This document shows positions 8,880-18,171 of a stretch of DNA of 64,000 bases, piece by piece. The translations under genes were made by a program, and so were the position numbers. Source of the DNA: Bacteroidota bacterium (GTDB lineage: Bacteria > Bacteroidota > Bacteroidia > Bacteroidales > PUMT01); contig JBBIHY010000001.1 of the NCBI GenBank assembly GCA_037446695.1, positions 323,026 through 387,025 of the forward strand. Reading direction: 5' to 3'. The first letter of the stretch is position 1, and each line of letters begins with the position of its first letter. Below the pieces are notes generated by a model, which was not told the origin of the DNA, did no database searches, and was given only the letters and a program-made list of their open reading frames with translations.

Positions 8880-10250
8880 ATGAAAAGGACGATTGTTTTC
8901 TTTATAATACTTGCAGGTTTTGTTTATAACGGCTATTCCCAAAGAGCAGTAAAATGGGAAAAAACAAGAATTCTTTTCGTTTTTGATGCTTCAAAAAGCA
9001 TGCTTGCTATATGGGAAGGGAATACCTCTAAATTTCTTACTGCAAAGAACATTTTTAACCATATTGTTGACAGCCTGTCGCAAATCGATAACCTGGAATT
9101 GGCATTGAGGGTCTTTGGACATCAGAGTCCTGTACCACCCCAGGACTGCAATGACACGCGCCTTGAAGTTCCGTTTGGGAAAAATAATGCAAACCTCATA
9201 AAACAAAAAATACACTCTATTCAGGCCAGGGGAACCACACCTATAGCAGCTTCCCTGCGAAAGAGTGCAGAGGATTTTCCTCCCTGTGATAATTGCAGAA
9301 ATGTTATTGTGCTGATAACAGATGGTATTGAGGCTTGTGATGAGGATCCTTGTGAAGCAGCTAAAGAACTTCAGCGTAAAGGGATAGTGGTAAAACCATT
9401 TGTTATAGGTCTGAGGCTGGATGATAAAAGCAAAGAAGTTTTCAAATGCGTTGGGGATTTTTATGAGGCAGATAACACACCTCAGTTTACATCTGCCATG
9501 CAGGTGGTTGTTTCAAGAGCGATGAACACTACAACAGCACAAATCAACCTTCTCGATGTATGGGGTAATCCAAACGAAACAGATGTAGCTGTATCCATGT
9601 ATAACCGTGAGTTTAGCAGGCCAGTTGTACAGTATATTCATACAATTAACGACCGTGGAGTGCCAGATACCATTTTCCTGGATGACCGGATAAGCTATCG
9701 CATGGTAGTTCATACAGTTCCGCCCGTTGAGGTAGACAACATAATAATTCTGCCTGGTACTCATAATATAATTGTGGCCGAGGCTGGCAGGGGGAAATTA
9801 TACATCACACAACCTGCCGGGGTACAGTCACAGAGATTTGATTGTGTAATAAGGAAGGTGGGGGGACGGGAAACAATTGCCGTACAGAAGGTTGGGGAAG
9901 ATAAAGCCTATCTGGTGGGGAAATACGAAATTGAAGTAATGTCCCTTCCCCGAATCAAAATCAGTCAGGTGGAGATCAGTCAAAATCATACCACTACAAT
10001 AGAAATCCCAAGAGCCGGACTGGTAAGGTTTAATTCACGAAATGAGTTGCAGGCATCCATATTTCTTTTAAAAGAAAAAGATTCAGAATGGGTTTGCGAT
10101 TTAAATCCTTCCCTTACGACACAGGTATTGACTCTTTTACCCGGTCATTACAGGGTAGTTTACCGGCCTAAATATGTGAGAAGGATTAATCTAACAACAG
10201 GAAGAACATTTGAAATCGTCTCAGGCAGAACAATTCAGATTGATTTATAA
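8880..10250 (+). CDS. von Willebrand factor type A (VWA) domain protein, secreted
   Basis: 456-aa ORF with a signal peptide. It has the MIDAS-type DxSxS motif (ILFVFDASKSM) and a downstream ITDG block (VIVLITDGIEAC). Confidence 0.7.
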   Translation: MKRTIVFFIILAGFVYNGYSQRAVKWEKTRILFVFDASKSMLAIWEGNTSKFLTAKNIFNHIVDSLSQIDNLELALRVFGHQSPVPPQDCNDTRLEVPFGKNNANLIKQKIHSIQARGTTPIAASLRKSAEDFPPCDNCRNVIVLITDGIEACDEDPCEAAKELQRKGIVVKPFVIGLRLDDKSKEVFKCVGDFYEADNTPQFTSAMQVVVSRAMNTTTAQINLLDVWGNPNETDVAVSMYNREFSRPVVQYIHTINDRGVPDTIFLDDRISYRMVVHTVPPVEVDNIIILPGTHNIIVAEAGRGKLYITQPAGVQSQRFDCVIRKVGGRETIAVQKVGEDKAYLVGKYEIEVMSLPRIKISQVEISQNHTTTIEIPRAGLVRFNSRNELQASIFLLKEKDSEWVCDLNPSLTTQVLTLLPGHYRVVYRPKYVRRINLTTGRTFEIVSGRTIQIDL

Positions 10251-10317
10251 AATCAGGTTAAACCAATTGATTATTGCTTAGTCAAAGCATTTATTTTTTC
10301 AATTATCATTTCAGAGG

Positions 10318-10866
10318 ATGAGTGAGTTTCCCGATTCAAACCTGGTTTCACTTTTCAGAAAAAGCGACAGCAGAAATTATGCTTTTAATCTGATTGTCAG
10401 GAAATACCAGGAAAGGGTTTACTGGCATATCAGGCGAATATTGGTTTCTCATGACGATACTGACGATGTGGTGCAGAATACCTTTATAAAGGTGTGGGAA
10501 GGCCTGGATAATTTCAGGGAAGAATCCAAACTGTATACATGGATTTACCGCATAGCTGCCAACGAGGCTCTCACATTTCTGAAACAAAAGAAAAGGTTGT
10601 TTTTTCTGCCCCTTAAGGAATCAGGAGCCAGTCTGGCCAAAACACTTCAGGATGACCCCTATTTTGACGGGGATGAAATTAAAATGAAGTTGCAGAAAGC
10701 TGTGCTGAAATTACCTGATATGCAAAGGATAGTCTTTCATATGAAGTATTTTGACGAAATGAAGTATGAGGATATTTCAGAGGTTCTGGATGTTTCTGTG
10801 GGAGCCCTGAAAGCCACATATCATCATGCCGTAAAAAAAATTGAGAGATATTTTGAGGGGCATTAA
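10318..10866 (+). CDS. ECF-type RNA polymerase sigma-70 factor
   Basis: 182 aa. Region 2 reads DDVVQNTFIKVWEGLDNFREESKLYTWIYRIAANEALTFL. Region 4 HTH reads MKYEDISEVLDVSVGALKATYHHAVKKI. Confidence 0.85.
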   Translation: MSEFPDSNLVSLFRKSDSRNYAFNLIVRKYQERVYWHIRRILVSHDDTDDVVQNTFIKVWEGLDNFREESKLYTWIYRIAANEALTFLKQKKRLFFLPLKESGASLAKTLQDDPYFDGDEIKMKLQKAVLKLPDMQRIVFHMKYFDEMKYEDISEVLDVSVGALKATYHHAVKKIERYFEGH

Positions 10867-10903
10867 ACCATTTTGTCATAAGTTTGTCAAACAAGCAGTT
10901 GCT

Positions 10904-11362
10904 ATGGAAAACAAAGGAGAAATGTGCAGAAAAAAACTGGAGGAGTTGAAATCCGATTCCGGTTTCCGGATTCCCGAAGGATACTTTGATACGCTTTCTT
11001 CACGGATATCTGATAAAATTGCTTCCGGTGCAAAAACGCACAGTAAATATGCAGGGTTAATAGCCTTTCTGAGGCCAAACCTTGCACTTGTGGCTTTCTT
11101 TATCGGTGTTGCTGTGATTGGCTATTTTGCATTTCATTTTTTAAAGGAGAACCGTGGCCATGTTAGCTTACGTGAAGAGTCAGTTGCTGAGTACATCAGT
11201 TACTATTATGCCGGCATGAATGATTATGAATTCTTTGGTACTGCCGATGAGGAAGTGAATGAATTTATCTTCGGGGAACCGGAGTATAGTAATGATGCTG
11301 AAATAATTGAATACCTGATGCTTCAGGAAGTTGATGTTCATTTGATTATTAATGAATTATAA
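10904..11362 (+). CDS. putative anti-sigma factor (single-pass membrane protein)
   Basis: It lies immediately downstream of the ECF sigma gene. From the ATG at 10904 (MENKGEMCRKKLEEL) there is one central TM segment (LALVAFFIGVAVIGYFAFHF). The call rests on position and topology only. Confidence 0.45.
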   Translation: MENKGEMCRKKLEELKSDSGFRIPEGYFDTLSSRISDKIASGAKTHSKYAGLIAFLRPNLALVAFFIGVAVIGYFAFHFLKENRGHVSLREESVAEYISYYYAGMNDYEFFGTADEEVNEFIFGEPEYSNDAEIIEYLMLQEVDVHLIINEL

Positions 11363-11372
11363 TACAAACATT

Positions 11373-11858
11373 ATGTATAGGAAAAACCTTGTTATTACAG
11401 TAGTTTTATTCTGTGTTGTGCAGTTGAGTTTTGCACAACGGGGCAGAGGGTACAACAGGATGGAGCAGATTCAGGCTGAAAGGATAGCATTTTTTACTGA
11501 AAGAATGGCTTTAACTCCCGGGGAGGCAAAAGTATTCTGGCCGGTATATAATGAATTGTCTGGCAAAAGGGAGAAAATTTTTATAGAGAGAAGAACACTG
11601 GCTGATAATTTCAGGAATAGCAGGGAGAGTTTAAGCGAAAAGGAGGTAGAATCCATGGCTGACAAATTTATTGATTTACAAAGTCAGGAATCCAGGCTTG
11701 CCGAAGAATATCATAAAAAATTCAAATCCATTCTTCCCGCTGGGAAAGTGATGATTCTGTATAATACCGAGAACGAATTCAGGAATTATCTGCTGCGCAG
11801 GTTAAGTGGCGGTGGAAGGGGGCAGGGGCCAATACAAAGAGAAGCGCCCGATCTTTAG
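11373..11858 (+). CDS. periplasmic Spy/CpxP-like helical protein
   Basis: Signal peptide MYRKNLVITVVLFCVVQLSFAQ, a helical Lys/Glu-rich body and an LTPGEAKVFWPVYNEL block. This resembles the small periplasmic proteins that follow ECF sigma/anti-sigma pairs in Bacteroidota. The start could instead be 11352. Confidence 0.45.
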   Translation: MYRKNLVITVVLFCVVQLSFAQRGRGYNRMEQIQAERIAFFTERMALTPGEAKVFWPVYNELSGKREKIFIERRTLADNFRNSRESLSEKEVESMADKFIDLQSQESRLAEEYHKKFKSILPAGKVMILYNTENEFRNYLLRRLSGGGRGQGPIQREAPDL

Positions 11859-11893
11859 CCAGCGCCTTATTTTTAATGGTCCTTTGAATGAAA

Positions 11894-12349
11894 CTACCTG
11901 AAGGTGATTTCTTTGCTGGTTTTGGGTATCAGTACCAGATGATAGGGCTGGGTTAAAGCCATTGTAACATAGTCGTCAGGAGCAGGCGACGAAATTTTAT
12001 AAATAATTTCAACCTTTTCAGGGGTTTCATAGATTTCAACAATCTCAACAGAGTACCCTCCGGTAGACCTTGTTCCTATTGAAATACCCACCAGGGTATA
12101 ATTCATAAAATCTATTTCGGGTAAGCCCGGCAAAGGGTGATAAATCGAAAACATCTGATTCCACAACTCACCAAATGTCGAAGAGTCATTGATAACAATT
12201 TCCTTCCTGTTATCCAATCCTGAGTATTGACCTGTTTTTAGTTCAGTAAAATGAAGTTTTGTTATACCGGTGGATTTTTGTTTCATGGTTTTGCACGAAG
12301 TAAGAATCAAAAGGCAGATAAATAGAAATAAGGCAGCATTGTTTTTCAT
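11894..12349 (-). CDS. PrcB C-terminal domain-like lipoprotein
   Basis: Lipoprotein signal MKNNAALFLFICLLILTSC. The C-terminal GTRSTGGYSVEIVEIYE...ALTQPYHLVLIPK resembles the PrcB_C fold pattern as I remember it. Confidence 0.45.
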   Translation of the reverse strand: MKNNAALFLFICLLILTSCKTMKQKSTGITKLHFTELKTGQYSGLDNRKEIVINDSSTFGELWNQMFSIYHPLPGLPEIDFMNYTLVGISIGTRSTGGYSVEIVEIYETPEKVEIIYKISSPAPDDYVTMALTQPYHLVLIPKTSKEITFR

Positions 12350-12450
12350 ATGTGTTTGCATTAACAAGTCATACCTCTCTCATGTAATATTTTCATTGCG
12401 GCAGGTGTAAAAAAGTAAAAACGGAATATTGAAAGACGATTAAAGAGAAT

Positions 12451-12479
12451 AAAAAAGGGAGGTTCTTGCCTCCCTTTTT
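12451..12479 (-). terminator. rho-independent terminator downstream of korB
   Basis: The minus-strand RNA reads GGGAGG-CAAGAA-CCUCCC followed by U6. On the plus strand the stems are GGGAGG at 12457-12462 and CCTCCC at 12469-12474, flanked by A6 and T5 runs. Confidence 0.75.
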
Positions 12480-13514
12480 CTATTTTATCTCGTAAATCTC
12501 ACCGCTGTTAAGCAGGTCATCCACATTTTTGATTTTTGAATGTTCCTTGGCATAACTAATTTGTTCTTCTACCAAATCGTCATATGTGTGCGCCCTGGCG
12601 GCCCTGATTACACCAAGAGCAACAGGCATTTCCGGTGGTCTCATTTTGCCAAGCATCCGGTGCACTCCAGGGTTTATTTCGAACTGGTCGTGTACCAGAA
12701 TATCCTTTTCCGTTATTCCATTTTCACCAATGGTAACCACCTCCAGTTTTGTATTATGCAGGCGGATACCTTTGTCCCTGTTTTTTCCAAAAATCATGGG
12801 TTCTCCATGCTTCAGGTGTAGCTGAACATTGTCTTTTACCTCTTTGGCCGTTACCGATGCGTGGGTTTTATCAGCAAAGATGATACAGTTCTGCAAAATC
12901 TCAACTACCGAGGTGCCGTCGTGCCTGGCAGCTTCAAACATTACCTCAGTCATCATTTTGATGTTATTATCAATCACCCTGGCGAAAAATGTTCCCTGAG
13001 CCCCCATAACCAGTCCTGCCGGGTTGAATGGATGCTCAATGGTTCCCTGAGGAGATGTTTTTGTAACTGAACCCATTGGTGTGGTGGGTGAGTACTGTCC
13101 CTTGGTAAGTCCATAGATTTGGTTGTTGAACAAAAGTATATTCACATCAATGTTTCTTCTTATAGTGTGAATAAAATGGTTGCCGCCAATGGCCATTGAG
13201 TCACCGTCGCCGGTGGAAATCCACACGCTTAAGCCCGGATTGGAAATCTTGACTCCAGATGCAATAGCAGCGGCTCTTCCATGAATGCCGTGTATACCAT
13301 ATGTGTTTACATAATACGGGAATCTTGACGAGCAGCCGATACCCGAAACAAACATAAAGTTTTCCTTTTTATACCCTATTTCAGGAAACACTTTTTCAAC
13401 AGCAGCGAGAATGGCATGGGCACCACATCCGGGGCACCATTTCACCATTTGGTCACTGACAAAATCGTCTTTCGTCAGTTTAATTTCTGATGGTCTGATT
13501 GTGTTGCTTATCAT
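12480..13514 (-). CDS. korB: 2-oxoglutarate:ferredoxin oxidoreductase subunit beta (TPP-binding)
   Basis: 344 aa. It has WCPGCGAHAIL and the TPP motif GDGDSMAIGGNHFIHTIRRN. It sits directly downstream of the alpha subunit gene. Confidence 0.88.
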   Translation of the reverse strand: MISNTIRPSEIKLTKDDFVSDQMVKWCPGCGAHAILAAVEKVFPEIGYKKENFMFVSGIGCSSRFPYYVNTYGIHGIHGRAAAIASGVKISNPGLSVWISTGDGDSMAIGGNHFIHTIRRNIDVNILLFNNQIYGLTKGQYSPTTPMGSVTKTSPQGTIEHPFNPAGLVMGAQGTFFARVIDNNIKMMTEVMFEAARHDGTSVVEILQNCIIFADKTHASVTAKEVKDNVQLHLKHGEPMIFGKNRDKGIRLHNTKLEVVTIGENGITEKDILVHDQFEINPGVHRMLGKMRPPEMPVALGVIRAARAHTYDDLVEEQISYAKEHSKIKNVDDLLNSGEIYEIK

Positions 13515-13517
13515 GGG

Positions 13518-15365
13518 TTATTTCTCCTCCAAAATTTGATTGAATACCTGGGTAAGTTCTGTTACAAAGAACGGCAGACCCTGAATTTTATTGAATTGCA
13601 AGTATTTAAACTCGGGGTATGTGAGCCTGAGATACTTCACAAACTGTCCGGCATTTAACTCGCAAACAACAATTTTCCTGAACCGGCTGAAAATCTCCTT
13701 TGTATTTCGCGGCAGGGGCATAATATAGTGAAAATGAGCAAGGCTTACTTTCTTTCCCTCTTTTTGCACTGCCATAACTGCTGTCATAACAGAACCTCTT
13801 GTACCTCCCCAGCTTACAACGAGCAAATCCCCTGATTCATCGCCCATTATATCCTGCTCAGGTATAAAATCGGCCACTTTCTGAACCTTGACTTCCCTCA
13901 GCTGTGTCATTAGCTGGTGATTAAGCGGGTCGGTGGTTACATTGCCAACAATATTCTCTTTTTCCAGCCCGCCCACCCGGTGACGCAATCCTTCGGTGCC
14001 GGGGATGGCCCATTTTCGGGCAAGGGTAACCGGGTCTCTGCGATAAGGCTTAAAATCGGGATCATTCGGCCTGGCAATTGGCGGATGAATCTCCGGTAAT
14101 TCCGAAACTTTTGGAATTTTAAACAGTTCTGATCCAAATCCAAGGTATCCGTCAGTCAGCAAAATAACAGGGGTCATATGCTCCATTGCAAGTTTCGCTG
14201 AATAATAGGCATAATAGAAGCAGTTGGCTGGTGATGAGGCGGCCATAACAATAGCAGGACATTCTCCATTTCGGCCATAAAGGGCTTGCATAAGGTCTGA
14301 TTGTTCCGATTTAGTTGGCATACCGGTAGATGGACCAGCCCTTTGCACATTTACAATAACTATAGGCAATTCAGTTATTACAGCCAGTCCAATGGCCTCG
14401 CTTTTCAATGAAAGACCCGGCCCTGAAGTTGTTGTGATGGCCAATGAGCCGGTATAACTTGCACCAATTGCCGAACATATACCTGCAATCTCATCCTCGG
14501 CCTGGAAAACTTTTGCTCCAAGTGATTTGTGTTTTGCAAGCTCCATAAGGATTTCAGTAGCCGGGGTAATTGGGTATGATCCAAGAAACAGTGGCCTGCC
14601 AGAACGCTCAGAGGCAGCCAGAAATCCCCAGGCTGTGGCAACATTCCCGGTAATATTCCTGTATTTTCCTTTTTCCAGTTTCGCTGGTGGAACTACAAAA
14701 GTGGAATCAATGGCCTCAATGGTCTCGGCGAAATTGTAGCCTGCTCTTAAAGCAATCTTATTGGCTTTTGTGACTTCCTGATTGCCTTTAAACTTTTTCT
14801 CAAGGAATTTATCTGTAGTCTCAAGATCCTGGTTAAACAGGAAATTGACGATTCCAAGAGCCATCATGTTTTTACTCCTGTCGGCCGATCTTGTATCCAG
14901 CCCTGCGTCCTTGAAACTCTCCTTTGTAATGGTTGAAATGGGCGCCTTGATTAAATGGTATTTCTCCAGGCTGTTATCTTCCAGCGGATTTGTCTGGTAC
15001 CCGGCTTTTTCAATGGCTTTATCATCAAAGGCATCTGAGTCAACAACTATGGTACCTCCTGGCTTAACCCATTTGAGATTTGACCTGAGTGAGGCCGGGT
15101 TCATAGCTACCAGCACATCGCATAGGTCTCCTGAACTGTGAATCTTTGTATGACCAATATGTACCTGAAAACCTGAAACTCCTGCAATTGTATTATGAGG
15201 TGCCCTGATTTCTGCAGGAAAGTCAGGAAAGGTAGCAAGGTCATTACCGGTAATTGCTGCTGATTCAGAGAACAAGGTTCCAGTAAGCTGCATTCCGTCG
15301 CCCGAGTCACCAACAAATTTGACAACCACGGCTTCTTTCTCAATCACCTGTGTTTTCTTGTTCAT
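13518..15365 (-). CDS. korA: 2-oxoglutarate:ferredoxin oxidoreductase subunit alpha
   Basis: 615 aa. It has the typical KorA layout, with an N-terminal gamma-like domain followed by the pyruvate:ferredoxin oxidoreductase core (GSYPITPATEIL, TTSGPGLSLKSEAIGLA). Confidence 0.88.
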   Translation of the reverse strand: MNKKTQVIEKEAVVVKFVGDSGDGMQLTGTLFSESAAITGNDLATFPDFPAEIRAPHNTIAGVSGFQVHIGHTKIHSSGDLCDVLVAMNPASLRSNLKWVKPGGTIVVDSDAFDDKAIEKAGYQTNPLEDNSLEKYHLIKAPISTITKESFKDAGLDTRSADRSKNMMALGIVNFLFNQDLETTDKFLEKKFKGNQEVTKANKIALRAGYNFAETIEAIDSTFVVPPAKLEKGKYRNITGNVATAWGFLAASERSGRPLFLGSYPITPATEILMELAKHKSLGAKVFQAEDEIAGICSAIGASYTGSLAITTTSGPGLSLKSEAIGLAVITELPIVIVNVQRAGPSTGMPTKSEQSDLMQALYGRNGECPAIVMAASSPANCFYYAYYSAKLAMEHMTPVILLTDGYLGFGSELFKIPKVSELPEIHPPIARPNDPDFKPYRRDPVTLARKWAIPGTEGLRHRVGGLEKENIVGNVTTDPLNHQLMTQLREVKVQKVADFIPEQDIMGDESGDLLVVSWGGTRGSVMTAVMAVQKEGKKVSLAHFHYIMPLPRNTKEIFSRFRKIVVCELNAGQFVKYLRLTYPEFKYLQFNKIQGLPFFVTELTQVFNQILEEK

Positions 15366-15475
15366 GTTAGGGAAAGTTTTTAAAATGGGTAACTTCTTGA
15401 AATGTTAAACGATACGAATAACTATTTAAAAGAATGGTTTCTTTACTTTAAAGAGTTGATTATTAAAATTTTCTG

Positions 15476-15483
15476 CAAAATTA
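15476..15483 (-). promoter_or_regulatory. candidate Bacteroidota -7 promoter box (TAATTTTG) for korAB
   Basis: The minus strand reads TAATTTTG, matching the TAnnTTTG consensus, about 110 nt upstream of the korA start in an AT-rich divergent intergenic region. Confidence 0.4.
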
Positions 15484-15616
15484 ATTCTTTATAAAATAAA
15501 TGTTAAACTAAAACGAATAAATTTCAACAAACTATGACCAAATTCATGTTTCACTGAAAGACAATAAAAACTACTTTCCGTTAATTACAAGCACAGGAAT
15601 AAATTGAAGAATACAG

Positions 15617-15624
15617 TATTTTTG
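15617..15624 (+). promoter_or_regulatory. candidate -7 promoter box (TATTTTTG) for the gamma-carbonic-anhydrase-like gene
   Basis: TATTTTTG matches TAnnTTTG and ends 20 nt before the ATG at 15645. Confidence 0.45.
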
Positions 15625-15644
15625 TACTTTGAAAATGAATAATT

Positions 15645-16169
15645 ATGGCTCTGATAATACCTGTAAGAGGTTTTACTCCATCATTGGGAAAAGATTGTTA
15701 TCTGGCTGAAACCGCAACCATAATTGGCGATGTAATTATGGGAGAGGGTTGCAGCGTGTGGTTTAACGCCGTAGTACGGGGCGATGTCAATTCAATCCGT
15801 ATTGGCAATAGGGTGAACATCCAGGATAATGCCGTTTTGCATTGTACTTATGAGAAAACTCAGATCCATATTGGCAATAATGTGTCAATTGGCCATAATG
15901 TGATTGTTCATGGTGCAAGGATTGGGAACAAAGTATTGTTGGGCATGGGTTCAATCATTATGGACGATGCGGTAATTGGAGAAAATTCCATTATTGCCGC
16001 TGGTGCTGTGGTGTTGGAAAACACTCATGTTGAACCCGGAAGCATTTACGCCGGTGTTCCGGCAAAAAGGGTGAAGGATGTTGACCAGGCTCAGTTCCGG
16101 CAGATGATAGAAAGAATCTCCGATAACTATCTTTTTTATGCGGGCTGGTACAGAGGAGAGGAGAAATAA
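15645..16169 (+). CDS. gamma carbonic anhydrase family / hexapeptide-repeat (LbH) protein
   Basis: 174 aa. The start MALIIPVRGFTPSLGKDCYLAETATIIGDV is typical of YrdA/PaaY-like proteins, and left-handed beta-helix hexapeptide repeats run throughout. Confidence 0.85.
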   Translation: MALIIPVRGFTPSLGKDCYLAETATIIGDVIMGEGCSVWFNAVVRGDVNSIRIGNRVNIQDNAVLHCTYEKTQIHIGNNVSIGHNVIVHGARIGNKVLLGMGSIIMDDAVIGENSIIAAGAVVLENTHVEPGSIYAGVPAKRVKDVDQAQFRQMIERISDNYLFYAGWYRGEEK

Positions 16170-16976
16170 CTATTTCCAGATGTCTGAAAGAATAAGGTTG
16201 ATTTTGTCCTCAAAGAATATCCTGGCAATTTTCTCAAAATAGTCGGTATGATCCGAAACATAAAACTGGTTTTCATTGCCCTTTTGCGGGTTAAGGAGTT
16301 TTTTTTCTGACAATACATTGTGTAAGTGCCCTGCAACAATCGATGCAGAGTCGATAACCTCAACCCCGAAATTGAAAAATTTCCTTATCTGGTTTTTTAT
16401 AATCGGATAATGTGTGCAACCAAGTATCAGTGTTTCAATATTTTTCAACTCAGGCTTCGAAAGATAGGAACGAATTATTGCATTACTGATATCATCAAAA
16501 ATGAATCCCTCTTCAATCATTGGAACAAACATGGGGGTTGCAAGTGATACTACCTGGCAGTCCGGGTCTTTCTCCCTGAGCCGCGCCTGGTAGGTTCCGC
16601 TATTGATGGTTCCTTTTGTCCCAATGACAGCCGTTTTGGTTCCGGGATAAAATTCGGCAATATGTTCCACCACAGGATCTATAACATTGATCACCAAAGC
16701 CTTGTCGCCAACATAATCTTTAATTTGTTCATAAGCAGCTGCTGAAGCAGTATTACAGGCAATGAGAATTACCTTGCTGTTTTTTTCAAGCAGAAAATCC
16801 GATATCTTTCTGGAGTAATAAACAATCGACTCACTTGATTTATCGCCGTAGGGCAGGTGAGCTGTATCTCCAAAATAAATAATCTGTTCATTTGGAAGAA
16901 TTTGTCTTATAGCTGCAGCCACAGTAAGTCCTCCGACACCCGAATCGAACATTCCTATTGGCTGCGATGAATTCAA
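16170..16976 (-). CDS. murI: glutamate racemase
   Basis: 268 aa with GMFDSGVGGLTV, IACNTASA and LGCTHYP blocks containing the two catalytic Cys. Confidence 0.92.
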   Translation of the reverse strand: MNSSQPIGMFDSGVGGLTVAAAIRQILPNEQIIYFGDTAHLPYGDKSSESIVYYSRKISDFLLEKNSKVILIACNTASAAAYEQIKDYVGDKALVINVIDPVVEHIAEFYPGTKTAVIGTKGTINSGTYQARLREKDPDCQVVSLATPMFVPMIEEGFIFDDISNAIIRSYLSKPELKNIETLILGCTHYPIIKNQIRKFFNFGVEVIDSASIVAGHLHNVLSEKKLLNPQKGNENQFYVSDHTDYFEKIARIFFEDKINLILSDIWK

Positions 16977-17020
16977 TTTTTCTTATTCTAATGAAAGTGT
17001 AAAAATAATCAGACAATAAT

Positions 17021-17062
17021 AAAAATTGCCCCGAAGGTTAAAAATATATACCAGCGGGGCAA
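17021..17062 (-). terminator. terminator-like hairpin after the ompH genes
   Basis: Inverted repeat TTGCCCCG (17026-17033) and CGGGGCAA (17055-17062). On the minus strand the hairpin is followed by U5. The 21-nt loop is rather long. Confidence 0.55.
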
Positions 17063-17082
17063 ATTAATTCTTCAAAGCGGGG

Positions 17083-17598
17083 TTATTTAATTCCCAGTTT
17101 GGTTTTTACAAGGGGTAGAATATTTTCACTGTCGTTGCTATGGTATAATACCACCCTGCTGCTCACATCAAACACATAAATCAGGTTTCTTTCGCGGGCC
17201 ACCTCCTTAATTGCAATTTCAGCTTTTTGCAGAATTGGCTGAATTAATTGAGATTCTTTCTGCTGCAGATCTTCCTGGGCTCCTACCTGGAATTCCTGAA
17301 TACGGTTCTGAAGTTCAGAAAGCTCCCTTTCTTTTGTTTGCTTAATGATGGGAGTAAAAGTATCCTGATTTTGAAGGTATTCCTGTACTTTTTTATTGTA
17401 TTCTACCTGCATAACCTCCAGCTGGTTTTCCAGTGTCTTGGCATAGTCCTGAAGCTCTTTCTGGGCGGCTGCTCTTTCGGGCATTGCCATAAGAAGCTCA
17501 GAAGTATTGATATGCCCAAACTTCAGATTCTGCGCATGAACAGTGGTTCCAACAAGTAATGCGGCAAAAAGAATAAGAATTTTCATCACGTTTTTCAT
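17083..17598 (-). CDS. OmpH/Skp family periplasmic chaperone
   Basis: 171 aa with a signal peptide and a coiled-coil Gln/Glu-rich body. It sits in the conserved position downstream of bamA. Confidence 0.85.
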   Translation of the reverse strand: MKNVMKILILFAALLVGTTVHAQNLKFGHINTSELLMAMPERAAAQKELQDYAKTLENQLEVMQVEYNKKVQEYLQNQDTFTPIIKQTKERELSELQNRIQEFQVGAQEDLQQKESQLIQPILQKAEIAIKEVARERNLIYVFDVSSRVVLYHSNDSENILPLVKTKLGIK

Positions 17599-17634
17599 AG
17601 TTCAATTTATTAGTTGTATTTGCAAAATTAGGAA

Positions 17635-18159
17635 TTATCTTTTATAGCCCAGCTTTTTCAGCACATCGTCGCTTATATCAAAGCGTGGGTTCGTATAAAA
17701 CAGAGCAGACCCGGAAGCCACATCAAAAATAAAGGCATAGTTCTCTTCATTTGCGAGTTCGCTCACAGCTTTATAAACCTGGTCCTGTATGGGTTTGACC
17801 AATTCACTTCTTTTATTGAATAATGCGCCTTCGGTTCCAAAATACCTGCGCTGAAGAGCCTGAATATCCCTTTCTCTGTTAACGATTTCTTCTTCACGCT
17901 TCCTTTTCATTTCATCGCTTAAAAGGACTCTTTCATTCTGGTATCTTCTGTACATCTGCTCTACGATTTCATATTGCTTTTCGATTTCTTTCTGCCACTC
18001 GTCAGCAAGTTTATCCAGCTGTTCCTGTGCAGTATTAAAGGCTGGGATATTGGACAATATGTAGTCAGAGTCAATATAGGCATACCTTTGCGAAAAACCG
18101 GTAGTGGCTGTTGCAAGTAACAAAACGATTGTTAAAACATGCTTTTTCATAAGATTCAA
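17635..18159 (-). CDS. OmpH/Skp family periplasmic chaperone (paralog)
   Basis: 174 aa with a signal peptide and a coiled-coil body. It is the second of the usual tandem ompH pair after bamA. The start may be MKKHV at 18150. Confidence 0.85.
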   Translation of the reverse strand: MNLMKKHVLTIVLLLATATTGFSQRYAYIDSDYILSNIPAFNTAQEQLDKLADEWQKEIEKQYEIVEQMYRRYQNERVLLSDEMKRKREEEIVNRERDIQALQRRYFGTEGALFNKRSELVKPIQDQVYKAVSELANEENYAFIFDVASGSALFYTNPRFDISDDVLKKLGYKR

Positions 18160-18171
18160 ATTAAATGTTTT

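Noticed and set aside
15534-15557. Mini-ORFs in AT-rich spacers (MTKFMFH at 15534-15557; a ~19-codon ORF near 44357) as leader peptides
   Set aside because: They have no associated attenuator structures and lie upstream of the predicted -7 boxes. They are expected by chance in AT-rich DNA.
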